From Nemertoderma westbladi (lineage: Eukaryota; Animalia; Xenacoelomorpha): a DNA stretch of 52,665 nt. This document shows positions 36,231-48,280 of this stretch, piece after piece. The translations under genes and the position numbers were made by a program. The notes beneath the pieces are model-generated. The model was not told the DNA's origin, did not search any database, and saw only the letters and a program-made list of their open reading frames with translations. The stretch covers positions 1 through 52,665 of the forward strand of contig JAUCBJ010008312.1 in NCBI GenBank assembly GCA_032718475.1, given 5' to 3'. Every line of letters begins with the position of its first letter. Positions within the stretch are counted from its first letter, which is position 1.

Positions 36231-37047
36231 TCACCACTAATAGTCAAACAGTGGTTGTCCACATCATCAAAAGCGGACTAAGTCGCTGAGGTATCCCAGC
36301 AAAAAAATATGAAAAAAAAAATAAAAATTGCGCAAGATTATCTCTTTAGCCGATTTGTAATCGACGTTTTAAGGAATAGTAATTTGGCTATTTTCCTACA
36401 AACAATGAAAGTGAAACAAATTTTCGTTTATTTTCCTAAAATACTATGAGAATTAAATATATTTTAGTGACGAAAATTTATAGAAGAAACCGAATGGAAG
36501 AAAGCATTTAATTTAACGGAAAAGGCAATTGTTTTAGTGACCGATAAAATTAATGCGATGTAAAAATATCTTATAAAATTATTCTCAAAATAATTTTATA
36601 CATTAATATTTCGCAATACTGTATATACGGAATCTAGTCAGTCTATCCTTATCCTAATCTAGTCTAACCCAATTAACTTAAATTATATACTGTAACTGTG
36701 AACAGTGTAGGACTACAACAATAATATATAATTAGATAATTTTTTATACTCACGTAAGCATTAAATATATAATTCAGTGGCGGATCCAAGGGGGGGGGGG
36801 GGGGGGGGGGGTGTCAAAAATTGACCATCATAAGGAATTTAGAGAAATTCATGTTTAGTGCGAGCAGTTTAAAGTAAGGTTTGCTATTTCCTTATACATT
36901 GAACTGGTTACTACAGCATAAGGAGCGGGCTGTCCCCAAAGCTACAGTATTATTATTGGGAAATCCCACCAAGGCTCACACACTCCCTAAGCCATACAAT
37001 ATGCAATATGATAAACCCAAGACAAAGATATAATTTGTTATACTCAC

Positions 37048-37157
37048 GTAAGCATCAAATGTATAACTTCTATTGCCACTAAAATGAACCTCAAACATTG
37101 AGTCGTTATCCGACTTATCGGATAATTCCACTGTGCAGCCCTCGAGTACAATCATCC
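37048..37157 (-). CDS. PHETA: PHETA-like exon 2
   Basis: GMIVLEGCTVELSDKSDNDSMFEVHFSGNRSYTFDAY; TTTAG acceptor and GTGAGT donor; LEGCTVEL is characteristic of sesquipedalian. Confidence 0.9.
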
Positions 37158-38024
37158 CTAAATAAGGTAAATTAAAAGATAAAGATACTGACACTACGTA
37201 CGAGAAAATGTATGAAAACATATGTTCTGATAGAATAATCGGTTGTTTACAACATAGCGTAAATCGTTCGCAGTTTTTCACCACATGTTTTTCTTCTTCC
37301 AGAGTCACTTGTTTCGGTCTTACAAAATGAATGAAAAGTATTCTGATGTAATTAATTATACAAATATATAAGATACATAAACCGGTATTCGCCGAACCAG
37401 CTGTTGAATCAGTTATGTTACTGATTCTATAGCTGTCGTGATGCTCATCGGCTCTCATGTTGCTCGCAATTTGTCAAATCCACATGGAAACCAGGCGGAA
37501 TCGAACTGGTGACCTCTAAATACTACTGTACCTGATACCTTGTATTTTCGCAATTTAATGTCTCAATGTCTCGCGGGCACTAACGACCCAAGACTGGTGC
37601 ATTAGTGGTGCAGAAGGGGAGGGGGGGGGGGGGGGGGGTTGGTGAGGTTTGAATATTGGCGTCGACTTGAAATTTTATTGTTTTTAAATGTAAAATTAAA
37701 TAAGTCCTGGTTTTCTAATAAGGGGTCATCCTAAGCCAAAGCTCGACAACGTAATTTGGATTCAAGGTCAATTCTCAAGATATATAAGCAAAAAGTACCT
37801 TTCATAAGAAACCTAATTAATGTAAATTAATACATTTTAGTTATATTGCTAACCGCGATAATTCCAGTTACATCTTAGAAGGTAATCAATTTGAAACCTC
37901 TGTAAAATGGAAAACGTTGACATAACGCAATTTTAATGGTTTTTGCTCAATATTAGTCGAATAACGCAAAATTTTGGAAATAGCGCGACGCGTTAAAATA
38001 ACGCAGTGGTGGGAGCCCTTAAAA

Positions 38025-41000
38025 AGAGCCGTGGCTACTGTAACACGTACGTGGGCCCTATCACAGCCGTGGCTACTGTAACACGTACGTGGGCCCTTCT
38101 CACAGCCGTGGCTACTGTAACACGTACGTGGGCCCTTCTCACAGCCGTGGCTACTGTAACACGTACGTGGGCCCTTCTCAGAGCCGTGGCTACTGTAACA
38201 CGTACGTGGGCCCTTCTCAGAGCCGTGGCTACTGTAACACGTACGTGGGCCCTTCTCAGAGCCGTGGCTACTGTAACACGTACGTGGGCCCTTCTCACAA
38301 AGAGCCGTGGCTACTGTAACACGTACGTGGGCCCTTCTCAGAGCCGTGGCTACTGTAACACGTACGTGGGCCCTTCTCAGAGCCGTGGCTACTGTAACAC
38401 GTACGTGGGCCCTTCTCACAGCCGTGGCTACTGTAACACGTACGTGGGCCCTTCTCAGAGCCGTGGCTACTGTAACACGTACGTGGGCCCTTCTCAGAGC
38501 CGTGGCTACTGTAACACGTACGTGGGCCCTTCTCAGAGCCGTGGCTACTGTAACACGTACGTGGGCCCTTCTCACAGCCGTGGCTACTGTAACACGTACG
38601 TGGGCCCTTCTCAGAGCCGTGGCTACTGTAACACGTACGTGGGCCCTTCTCACAGCCGTGGCTACTGTAACACGTACGTGGGCCCTTCTCAGAGCCGTGG
38701 CTACTGTAACACGTACGTGGGCCCTTCTCACAGCCGTGGCTACTGTAACACGTACGTGGGCCCTTCTCACAGCCGTGGCTACTGTAACACGTACGTGGGC
38801 CCTTCTCAGAGCCGTGGCTACTGTAACACGTACGTGGGCCCTTCTCAGAGCCGTGGCTACTGTAACACGTACGTGGGCCCTTCTCAGAGCCGTGGCTACT
38901 GTAACACGTACGTGGGCCCTTCTCAGAGCCGTGGCTACTGTAACACGTACGTGGGCCCTTCTCAGAGCCGTGGCTACTGTAACACGTACGTGGGCCCTTC
39001 TCAGAGCCGTGGCTACTGTAACACGTACGTGGGCCCTCCTCACAGCCGTGGCTACTGTAACACGTACGTGGGCCCTTCTCACAGCCGTGGCTACTGTAAC
39101 ACGTAAGTGGGCCCTTCTCAGAGCCGTGGTTACTGTAACACGTACGTGGGCCCTTCTCAGAGCCGTGGCTACTGTAACACGTACGTGGACCCTTCTCACA
39201 GCCGTGGCTACTGTAACACGTACGTGGGCCCTTCTCAGAGCCGTGGCTACTGTAACACGTACGTGGGCCCTTCTCAGAGCCGTGGCTACTGTAACACGTA
39301 CGTGGGCCCTTCTCACAAAGAGCCGTGGCTACTGTAACACGTACGTGGGCCATTCTCAGAGCCGTGGCTACTGTAACACGTACGTGGGCCCTTCTCACAA
39401 AGAGCCGTGGCTACTGTAACACGTACGTGGGCCCTTCTCACAGCCGTGGCTACTGTAACACGTACGTGGGCCCTTCTCAGAGCCGTGGCTACTGTAACAC
39501 GTACGTGGGCCCTTCTCAGAGCCGTGGCTTCTGTAACACGTACGTGGGCCCTTCTCAGAGCCGCGGCTACTGTAACACGTACGTGGGCCCTTCTCAGAGC
39601 CGTGGCTACTGTAACACGTACGTGGGCCCTTCTCAGAGCCGTGGCTACTGTAACACGTACGTGGGCCCTTCTCACAGCCGTGGCTACTGTAACACGTACG
39701 TGGGCCCTTCTCAGAGCCGTGGCTACTGTAACACGTACGTGGGCCCTTCTCACAGCCGTGGCTACTGTAACACGTACGTGGGCCCTTCTCAGAGCCGTGG
39801 CTACTGTAACACGTACGTGGGCCCTTCTCAGAGCCGTGGCTACTGTAACACGTACGTGGGCCCTTCTCAGAGCCGTGGCTACTGTAACACGTACGTGGGC
39901 CCTTCTCACAGCCGTGGCTACTGTAACACGTACGTGGGCCCTTCTCAGAGCCGTGGCTACTGTTACACGTACGTGGGCCCTTCTCAGAGCCGTGGCTACT
40001 GTAACACGTACGTGGGCCCTTCTCAGAGCCGTGGCTACTGTAACACGTACGTGGGCCCTTCTCACAGCCGTGGCTACTGTAACACGTACGTGGGCCCTTC
40101 TCACAGCCGTGGCTACTGTAACACGTACGTGGGCCCTTCTCACAGCCGTGGCTACTGTAACACGTACGTGGGCCCTTCTCACAGCCGTGGCTACTGTAAC
40201 ACGTACGTGGGCACTTCTCAGAGCCGTGGCTACTGTAACACGTACGTGGGCCCTTCTCAGAGCCGTGGCTACTGTAACACGTACGTGGGCCCTTCTCACA
40301 GCCGTGGCTACTGTAACACGTACGTGGGCCCTTCTCACAGCCGTGGCTACTGTAACACGTACGTGGGCCCTTCTCACAGCCGTGGCTACTGTAACACGTA
40401 CGTGGGCCCTTCTCACAGCCGTGGCTACTGTAACACGTACGTGGGCCCTTCTCACAGCCGTGGCTACTGTAACACGTACGTGGGCCCTTCTCACAGCCGT
40501 GGCTACTGTAACACGTACGTGGGCCCTTCTCACAGCCGTGGCTACTGTAACACGTACGTGGGCCCTTCTCAGAGCCGTGGCTACTGTTACACGTACGTGG
40601 GCCCTTCTCAGAGCCGTGGCTACTGTAACACGTACGTGGGCCCTTCTCAGAGCCGTGGCTACTGTAACACGTACGTGGGCCCTTCTCAGAGCCGTGGCTA
40701 CTGTAACACGTACGTGGGCCCTTCTCAGAGCCGTGGCTACTGTAACACGTACGTGGGCCCTTCTCAGAGCCGTGGCTACTGTAACACGTACGTGGGCCCT
40801 TCTCAGAGCCGTGGCTACTGTAACACGTACGTGGGCCCTTCTCAGAGCCGTGGCTACTGTAACACGTACGTGGGCCCTTCTCAGAGCCGTGGCTACTGTA
40901 ACACGTACGTGGGGCCTTCTCAGAGCCGTGGCTACTGTAACACGTACGTGGGCCCTTCTCAGAGCCGTGGCTACTGTAACACGTACGTGGGCCCTTCTCA

Positions 41001-41186
41001 GAGCCGTGGCTACTGTAACACGTACGTGGGCCCTTCTCAGAGCCGTGGCTACTGTAACACGTACGTGGGCCCTTCTCAGAGCCGTGGCTACTGTAACACG
41101 TACGTGGGCCCTTCTCAGAGCCGTGGCTACTGTAACACGTACGTGGGCCCTTCTCAGAGCCGTGGCTACTGTAACACGTACGTGGG
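38025..41186. repeat. 39-bp tandem satellite, about 81 copies, in the first coding intron of the PHETA-like gene
   Basis: Unit AGCCGTGGCTACTGTAACACGTACGTGGGCCCTTCTCA(C/G); three +4-bp variant units. Confidence 0.98.
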
Positions 41187-41484
41187 TGGACCTAGTCATC
41201 CAATACCTAGCGGTCGACAGGTGAATTATAGAAGTCTAAGACTATATGTGTAACCAATTTTGGTTCTATTTTATCAATAATTCAGACTTATTAGCGTTCA
41301 AACATTTCCATCGACAACAACTACGACGACAGACCACAGACGGGTCCACAAATTACATCCCTGCAGTACGCTACGGATACCCTGGACTTACGTGGCTCGC
41401 CCCACAGGCATTGCATTATTAGCTTTTAATACATATTCTTAATACTTTATGTAATACAGTACTGTAATATCGACTTTGACTTAC

Positions 41485-41656
41485 CTAATGGGTGTTTATC
41501 ACCTTCACTGGAAAAATAGAACAATAAATTCCCTTTAAGAAGAAACCACCTTTTTTTCGCGCTATTATATTGACCTTTTTTAATCAACCAACCCTCCATA
41601 TCTGCAGCAGAACTGCTAAAGGCAAAGGATTCCAATAATTGTTCATGGATCTTCAT
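41485..41656 (-). CDS. PHETA: Sesquipedalian/PHETA (IPIP27/FAM109)-like PH-domain protein, coding exon 1
   Basis: MKIHEQLLESFA...EGWLIKKG...KKRWFLLKGNLLFYF...PLG with G|GTAAGT donor; matches the family N-terminus MKLNERSL...GFLYKKG...RRWFVLRGNMLFYF as recalled. Confidence 0.9.
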
Positions 41657-42699
41657 GGCCCGATAGTAGTGGAGGTGTGGCTAAAATAATTACTGTAATT
41701 ACGTTTATAAATAATTGTAATCAACAGTGGGGGGCTATTGTTGTTAAGAGCAATAAGATAAAAGCATGTCATTCAGGTTACGCAATGACACAACCAGGGG
41801 GCTGGGGCCTGGTGGAGGGGGGAGGGAAGGGGGCAGCGATACAGGACATACAGTACTGGGAGATCTAAAGACCATATTTAGCCTTTTTAAAATAATTAAA
41901 TGGCATTCTAAGTATTGGGTTTTTCCAATATATTTTAAATAAATTATTTTTCTCGCGTTTATTTGAATAATTCACATGGATCATTTCCACTAGCCGCACC
42001 ACCATGACAAACAACTATGAATTACATGGACCCGCTTCCCGCTATACTGAGTTGAGCACTAGAGCAGCAGCAAAGCAAACTCACCCATCCCTACCCGACA
42101 CCAGCTAGGCATAGGCCTACTGTATGTCAAGACTACAACTGTGTTCCACCGCCCATGTCCAACTGTTCACAGTTTTATAGTGCCATTTTTGCACTACCGT
42201 GTAATTCATATCACGCACTTTTTATTATTAGTTATATTAATAACCTGATATCAAGCTGATTTTCATTTGATTTATAATATCTTGTTGGGTTGCTACAGTA
42301 CTTGTATTGGAATTTTGTTCTGTACAGGGTCAATAACTTATTATAACTTATAATAACTTATAACTTATTAGAAGCAGTCGAGTTGAAACTTACTGGATAT
42401 AAATATGACCAAAGAAACTTTTTACTTAGACTTGAGACATCATCAAGTTGTACAGAATCCCGCTACAAGGCCAAATATCTGTAAATTTAACACCCCCTAT
42501 CCCCTCCTAATTCTTTTATTATTTGCCCTACTGAAATTGTAACTTCGCATGTGTGCTAGAGGCGGCTACACCATACGCTACTTCCTCTTTGTGTAGAAGC
42601 TGAGCCTCACGAGTTGAGCAGTTTGCCGAAGTCAAAATTAGTGAAAATGAAAACCATGACCCATTTCGATGTTTATGGTGCTTTTGATTCTTCATGAAT

Positions 42700-42790
42700 C
42701 ACCTTATAAAATTCGAAAATTTCAAAACGTTATGGGCTGGGGACCAAATTTTGAGGAAGCACCCACATCGAAATGTTGAAATACAATTTA
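42700..42790 (+). mobile_element. Short diverged fragment related to piggyBac-like family B
   Basis: TTCGAAAATTTCAAA...GACCAAA...GCACCCACATCGAAA resembles 23490-23560. Confidence 0.5.
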
Positions 42791-43037
42791 AAGTGATACT
42801 TTAAACTTATGTATAGGTCTATGCAATGTACAAGTTACGATACAAGTTATGATATGACTGTACAGTAAATTAGAACGCATCGTAATTATTAATAACCATA
42901 ACGAACGTTATGTTGTACCGGTACGAATAACCAATTTCCACCAACTAGGCCTACTGTATTCGAGCATACCACAAGCGTAATATATAACAGGAATAGCTTA
43001 AACAAATTATAAATATTTATTATTAATAATTATGTTG

Positions 43038-43228
43038 TATTATGCGAAACAATATAAGCATGTTAAATGCAAGATAAACAAACAATGCAGCATAATAATA
43101 ATGTATTATAATCGATATTCTTTGTATATATATATTATGCGAAACAATATAAGCATGTTAAATGCAAGATAAACAAACAATGCAGCATAATAATAATGTA
43201 TTATAATCGATATTCTTTGTATATATAT
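43038..43228. repeat. 95-bp tandem duplication
   Basis: Two copies starting at 43038 and 43133. Confidence 0.9.
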
Positions 43229-43470
43229 GAAGGGAGGCCTTACAGTGTAACTGGTTAGTTGATAAGGTCTGTGGTTGGTTGAATTAGTCAGCTGGGGAGC
43301 AAAATACAACAGTTTCCGGGTATGTATTTCGTTAGGATAACGTCTACGCAGTATAAATCATTTTGGACTTAATGACAAATATTAATTACTAGAAAGATAT
43401 AGCATACAGTACAGTACAGTGCTTTCTAGTACTTGGCAAACAAACATATATATTATTTATTGATCTTTAC

Positions 43471-43704
43471 CTTCTGAAATTTGCAGTTCGAATCGAAGTT
43501 GATATCTGAATAGCAGCTCCCATACTGCTTCTTGCATCAGTTTGGTTGGTAAATCTGTTCGGAAGTTCTCTCAGTAAATCTTGAACTAACGACAGACATT
43601 CCTTTATATTTATTTACCAGCACAGAATCGGGAGAAGGTATAACAAGGTCCATGTCTAATAGATCATGAACTGTCTCCTCCTTGAATGGCTTATTATTAC
43701 CAAC
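43471..43704 (-). pseudogene. Frameshifted Sec24 trunk (vWA) domain fragment
   Basis: DLVIPSPDSVLVN / IKECLSLVQDLLRELPNRFTNQTDARSSMGAAIQ resembles Sec24A/B FIPMPENLLVNLNESKELVQDLLKTLPQMF...SALGPALQ; an AAAT duplication breaks the frame; AG|GTAAAG donor at 43470. Confidence 0.7.
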
Positions 43705-44458
43705 CTGAATCATGCTTTCAAATTTAAATTAAAAACTATTTCACAAAACCGAAATTTGAATTTAAAAAATTGGTTTGGATGAATTGAGAATTTGTTATGG
43801 GTTGACCCCCTTTTTTGTTTTATGGCTAGATTGACTCGCCTACGTTAGGCCTACCAAGATTCAATATAGCAAAAGCTAAGTAGAAATCAATAACAACAAC
43901 AAAAAACGGAGTGGTTACTAGAGGTTTCGCTGTGTAGACTTAAAATATCTAAAATAATAGTAATATTAAATACATACAGTGGAATAAAGTTTTGTAAATT
44001 ATAGTGTGTGTGTTAAAATAAATTTTATAAAATATCCATGTCGAACCCCCCCTCCCTAATTTTTCTATAATTTTTCCTATAATCCTTTATTAATAATCCT
44101 ATATTCCAATACCTATAATCCAATATTTCCTATAATAAATCCTCCTCTTAATAAATTATCATTAAGATCCAATTCAAAAAAGAAATTAGGTCCTACAGTA
44201 CAACGGTACGAGTGATTCATTGAATGCTCATATTCGTCTGCAGACATAATTATTACTGAGAATCTTGTGTAAATATAGTCACTATTTGGCGAGTGATAAA
44301 AACTGTGTAATTTAAATATTGGTATGAAGTACATTTAGGCTGAATAGGTTGGATTTGGTTGGGGTGTGACGTCACCAAATGATTTCCCGAAAGGAGCGTG
44401 ATTGGAAAGGAGCGGAGTTATAAACGACAGTTAGTTGGTGAGGTAGAAGGTTGTGGAC

Positions 44459-45671
44459 GGTCTCAGGAATTCTTAGCCCGCGAGAGGTAGCCCGCGATGC
44501 AACCACATTATGTACCAGCCCAATTTTTTACGAGAATTAGTTTCTTTTGCAAAAAACGGGGTTTCAATTAGATTACAACTTTTCGATGTGGGTGCCACCT
44601 CAAAATTTGGTCCCCAACAGAAATTTTTTTGAAATTTTCGAATTCTACAAGGTCATTTGTGAGTTAGTAATTCTTTATGTTGGGGCTTTTTTTATTGATT
44701 CTGATTAGTATGGAGCACTCTACTACTCTATATAAGTATGTAAGGGAAGTGGTACGTCATTTTTGGTGCACTAAAATTAGGGTGTAGCACTTCAAATTTT
44801 CAAAATTGCAATATTCGTTAAATACTCCGAAGTTTTGATTTCAATGCATTTTTATGGGATTTCTGGCCCGCTTAACCGATTGAAAGTAATATAAAAGACT
44901 CAATTCTTAGTGGTACATCATTTTTGGTGCACCAAAATTTGCGTGGCAAGTAGGCTTACTTCAAATTTTCAAAATTACGATATTCAGAAAATACCACATG
45001 TTCCAATTTTTATAGGTTATCTCTACCGCTGAATCGATTGAAAGTAATATTGAAGCCTCAAGTCTTAGTGGTATGTCATTATTGGTACACCAAAATTAGG
45101 GCGTGATACTTTTTCAAAATTTGAATAAGTGCCACTCCCTAATTTTGGTGCACCAAAAATGCCGAACCACTAAGTCTTCAGGCTCCTATAGTACTTTCAA
45201 TTGATTCAGCGGTCCAGAAATGCGGAAATCTCCGCATCTCCGCAAAGGCGTTGAAATCTCAACTTTGGTTTATTTTCCGAATCTCATATTTTTCAATATA
45301 TAACGCCCACTTCTTAGGTGCACGAAAAATAGCATCCAGTTCAATTTTCGGAAATGGAATATAATCACATTCGATTCAGCATAGTGAAAAACCTACTAGC
45401 GCTAGCCAACAATGCCACACTATCAGTTTTTAGAATATCAAAAAATTTATATTTTGTTCTGGGACTACTTTTATTTTTTTATACCCACCTCATGAAATTT
45501 TCATTTTTTTGGATTTGAAAATGTTCTTCGATAATTTTTTCATAATTGATAATTTCGTTGGATTTTATTGGATGATTACACAAATACAGTGGGGGGCCGA
45601 ATCGACCCCCCGCCAGTGCTGCTAATGGTCTAAACACCCCAGTGGTAATAGGGTTAAGAATTCACCCAACC
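44459..45671. mobile_element. GG...CC MITE with an 8-bp TSD, hosting a nested piggyBac-like copy
   Basis: TTGTGGAC at 44451-44458 and 45672-45679; ends GGTCTCAGGAATTCTTAG...TTAAGAATTCACCCAACC. Confidence 0.7.
44497..45653 (-). mobile_element. piggyBac-like family B, inverted, diverged, one end deleted
   Basis: Reverse-complement similarity to 22330-23655; intact CCCCAGTGGTAATAGGG|TTAA end. Confidence 0.85.
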
Positions 45672-46748
45672 TTGTGGACCAGGAGTTAAGTCAGTTTGAG
45701 TTGTTTTGACTCCGGGATGTTGTTCCAGAGATAAAACAACCCAGACAATTTCCATTGCTTGGGTTTCTTCGGTTTTTGTTTTACAACTTTAATGCTGAGT
45801 GGGTTGTTCCGGTTCTCATATTATCTCAATATCTTCTAAATGGATCAATATGACTTCAAGACAATGATACATTCATTTACATAGGACATCTTGTCTGGTT
45901 GTGGTAAATTGTCTGGTCTGGTTTTTTTTAATTGCTCACTTATGCCTCAATGGTCACGATACTGGATATATAGTAATTCAACTAAAATAATTAGTTCACA
46001 CCTATTTTTATAACTAAAACTAATAATAAGCCTAGTAACTCGGAAAATTATTAGTTCATAAAATGTAACTTGATTTTTTTTGGCTTGCAATTTTGGATTA
46101 AATTCCTAAAAGTTATTAGTATAAGTTGCGGGTTTTGGGTAACACTCACTTTATCTTACACTTCCAAAATATTACAGCAAACACATTAGTAAGATAAAGT
46201 TATATTAAAATTATCTTACAATTGAATACTGGATGGTTTACTGACATAAAAATTCGATATTATCAAAACATTTCCGTTCTGCAGAAACTACAGTATTTAT
46301 CAGATATTCGACAAATTTACTTAACTATTTGTACAACGGGATCCCGGTCCAAATAAGTCGGGTTAGAGATCCCATTTAAACACTAGCTATGTAATGTGTA
46401 TTATGTATTTTTTACAGCAGTCAATATAGGCTAAACAAGAGTATGATACAGGGGCGAACTTAATTTTGTCTTATTTCTGGCTGCCCTCATTGTTAATTAT
46501 CATCCGTCTCTAACAATGCGGTGATGTGCTGTTAGTACAGTATTATCCGAAGATCAAGAATCTTCAAAGTAACAACTTACGGTGGAGGGCGTTGGTTTAT
46601 TACTGTATAGAACATTATTGTTATTCGTTATTGTTAAATTTGACTGGAAATAATTAGTCAAATTAAAACTATATGTAATTCTAACTTGCATTTCTGGTAC
46701 TGTATTTAGTCCTACTGTGTTTGCAAGCTTTTTTAACGACTAGAACAA

Positions 46749-47105
46749 CTTAGTCGAGCGAGCTCGGATAGTGGAAATGAGATCCTTCCAGGCTTCCCGA
46801 TTCTCCATAGTTGTCGCAATTTCGTTTCTCTCAAATTCAGTATCGCTTTCAAGTTGGTCTATAAATGTTATAGCAGGTCGTCCACGACTACGCTTTCCAT
46901 GAGTTGGTTGCCAGAGAAGTAGATCTGGTATGACCTCGTCTTTACAGGTGGTTGATACAGCTGCGGTGGTTTGCTACAGGGGGTATTGTACCATAAAGCT
47001 CGGCGTTTTTTCATGTGTTGTCTCCAGCTGATGTTTAGAGCAGCCGCCCTTCGTAGTCATGTCATGCAACTATCAATTCGTGATTCAAGTGATTTTTCGT
47101 CAGTG
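46749..47105 (-). mobile_element. RTE-clade LINE 3' fragment
   Basis: DEVIPDLLLWQPTHGKRSRGRPAITFIDQLESDT...MENREAWK, a typical RTE ORF C-terminus. Confidence 0.8.
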
Positions 47106-47286
47106 TGAAACAAAAAGACTGAATCTAGAATCAAGAAGATCACAGATCTTCTTGTAAATAGTGATAGTGTACCGACGAATCAAACATTATAATCCCAATA
47201 CGTCCACGGGCATCTCACTGCAGGCTCAGGTCAGGTCATCTTAGGGGTCATTGGAGTTTTTTTTCATTTAGCAACGAAAGCTTTAA

Positions 47287-48280
47287 CCCTACAGTATTTG
47301 GCCCGGGGGGATGCGAAGTCATTTTAGAAATTTTGTGTAATTTATGTATCTTTGTGTCAGGTTTGTTTGGAAAACCGAGATTTCGTGACTTTTCCTAAAA
47401 TTGAATGGGCTAGCCAACAAAGCAAACGCCATTTACATGGCTGTTAGTTTTGGTGAGACTGTGGTGTGGTCCCTGTCTGGCACCCATCTCCAAATTTTAA
47501 ACGTTTTTATAATTCACTAAAATTAATTTATTTGCGGTAAATATAGCGGTTTTTTGGACACTGATCACGATTATAGAACTCAAATATAACATTCGAGAAC
47601 ATTTTTGGCAAATTTTGTATGTGCCCCTTGGGGCACGAAAAGAACAAGTAATGCAAATATGATACTGAAAAATCACCACAAAATAATATTGATTTTATGA
47701 CCATGTAGGTTTTTATCACGAATTTGACGTTGAAATATATCGAACATTCTTGATCAGGGCATTTTGGATGTGTCAATGTGCGGCACGAAAAATACAAGTA
47801 GGCCTAGCACAAATTTGATAAAAATCATTACCAAATTTAATCGATTTTAAGACATTGTGGGTTGTTTTCTGGGACACTGACCACGAATATAACACTCAAA
47901 AATAGCGTATTATCCAACCAAATTCGATTTTTGCCGTTTGAAATTTTATGGTACTTGTATTTATCGTCCCACCAGACAAGCACCAAAAACGATAGTTGAG
48001 GTACCACGAATAATTATTAACGAGTTGTATCGTGATCAGCGACCTCGAAAACCCGTATACGATCAGAATTATCAAACCAAACACAAAATTTTTTAGTTTA
48101 AGTTTTCGTTCTGGGGGCCAAAATAGCACTTATTTTTATTTACATAATGGAAACAGTTGCCTTGGGAGCGAGATAATATTTTTACTGACGATTAGTTTAG
48201 ATACGGTATATGCAGATAGGACGGGAACTATTGAACCAATCAAAATTGATCGATTTCCAAGAGAAAATCGATGCAAATAA
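47287..48280. mobile_element. Probable non-autonomous DNA transposon remnant with a TTAA|CCCT end and internal repeats
   Basis: TTAACCCT at about 47283; diverged GACACTGATCACGA repeats; no partner TIR found. Confidence 0.4.

Noticed and set aside
36976-37458. 160-aa ORF as a single-exon gene
   Set aside because: Only 37048-37157 is exonic; the rest is intron read-through.
37886-41253. Long ORFs of 366-642 aa on both strands
   Set aside because: Artefacts of a 39-bp (13-codon) satellite lying within an intron.
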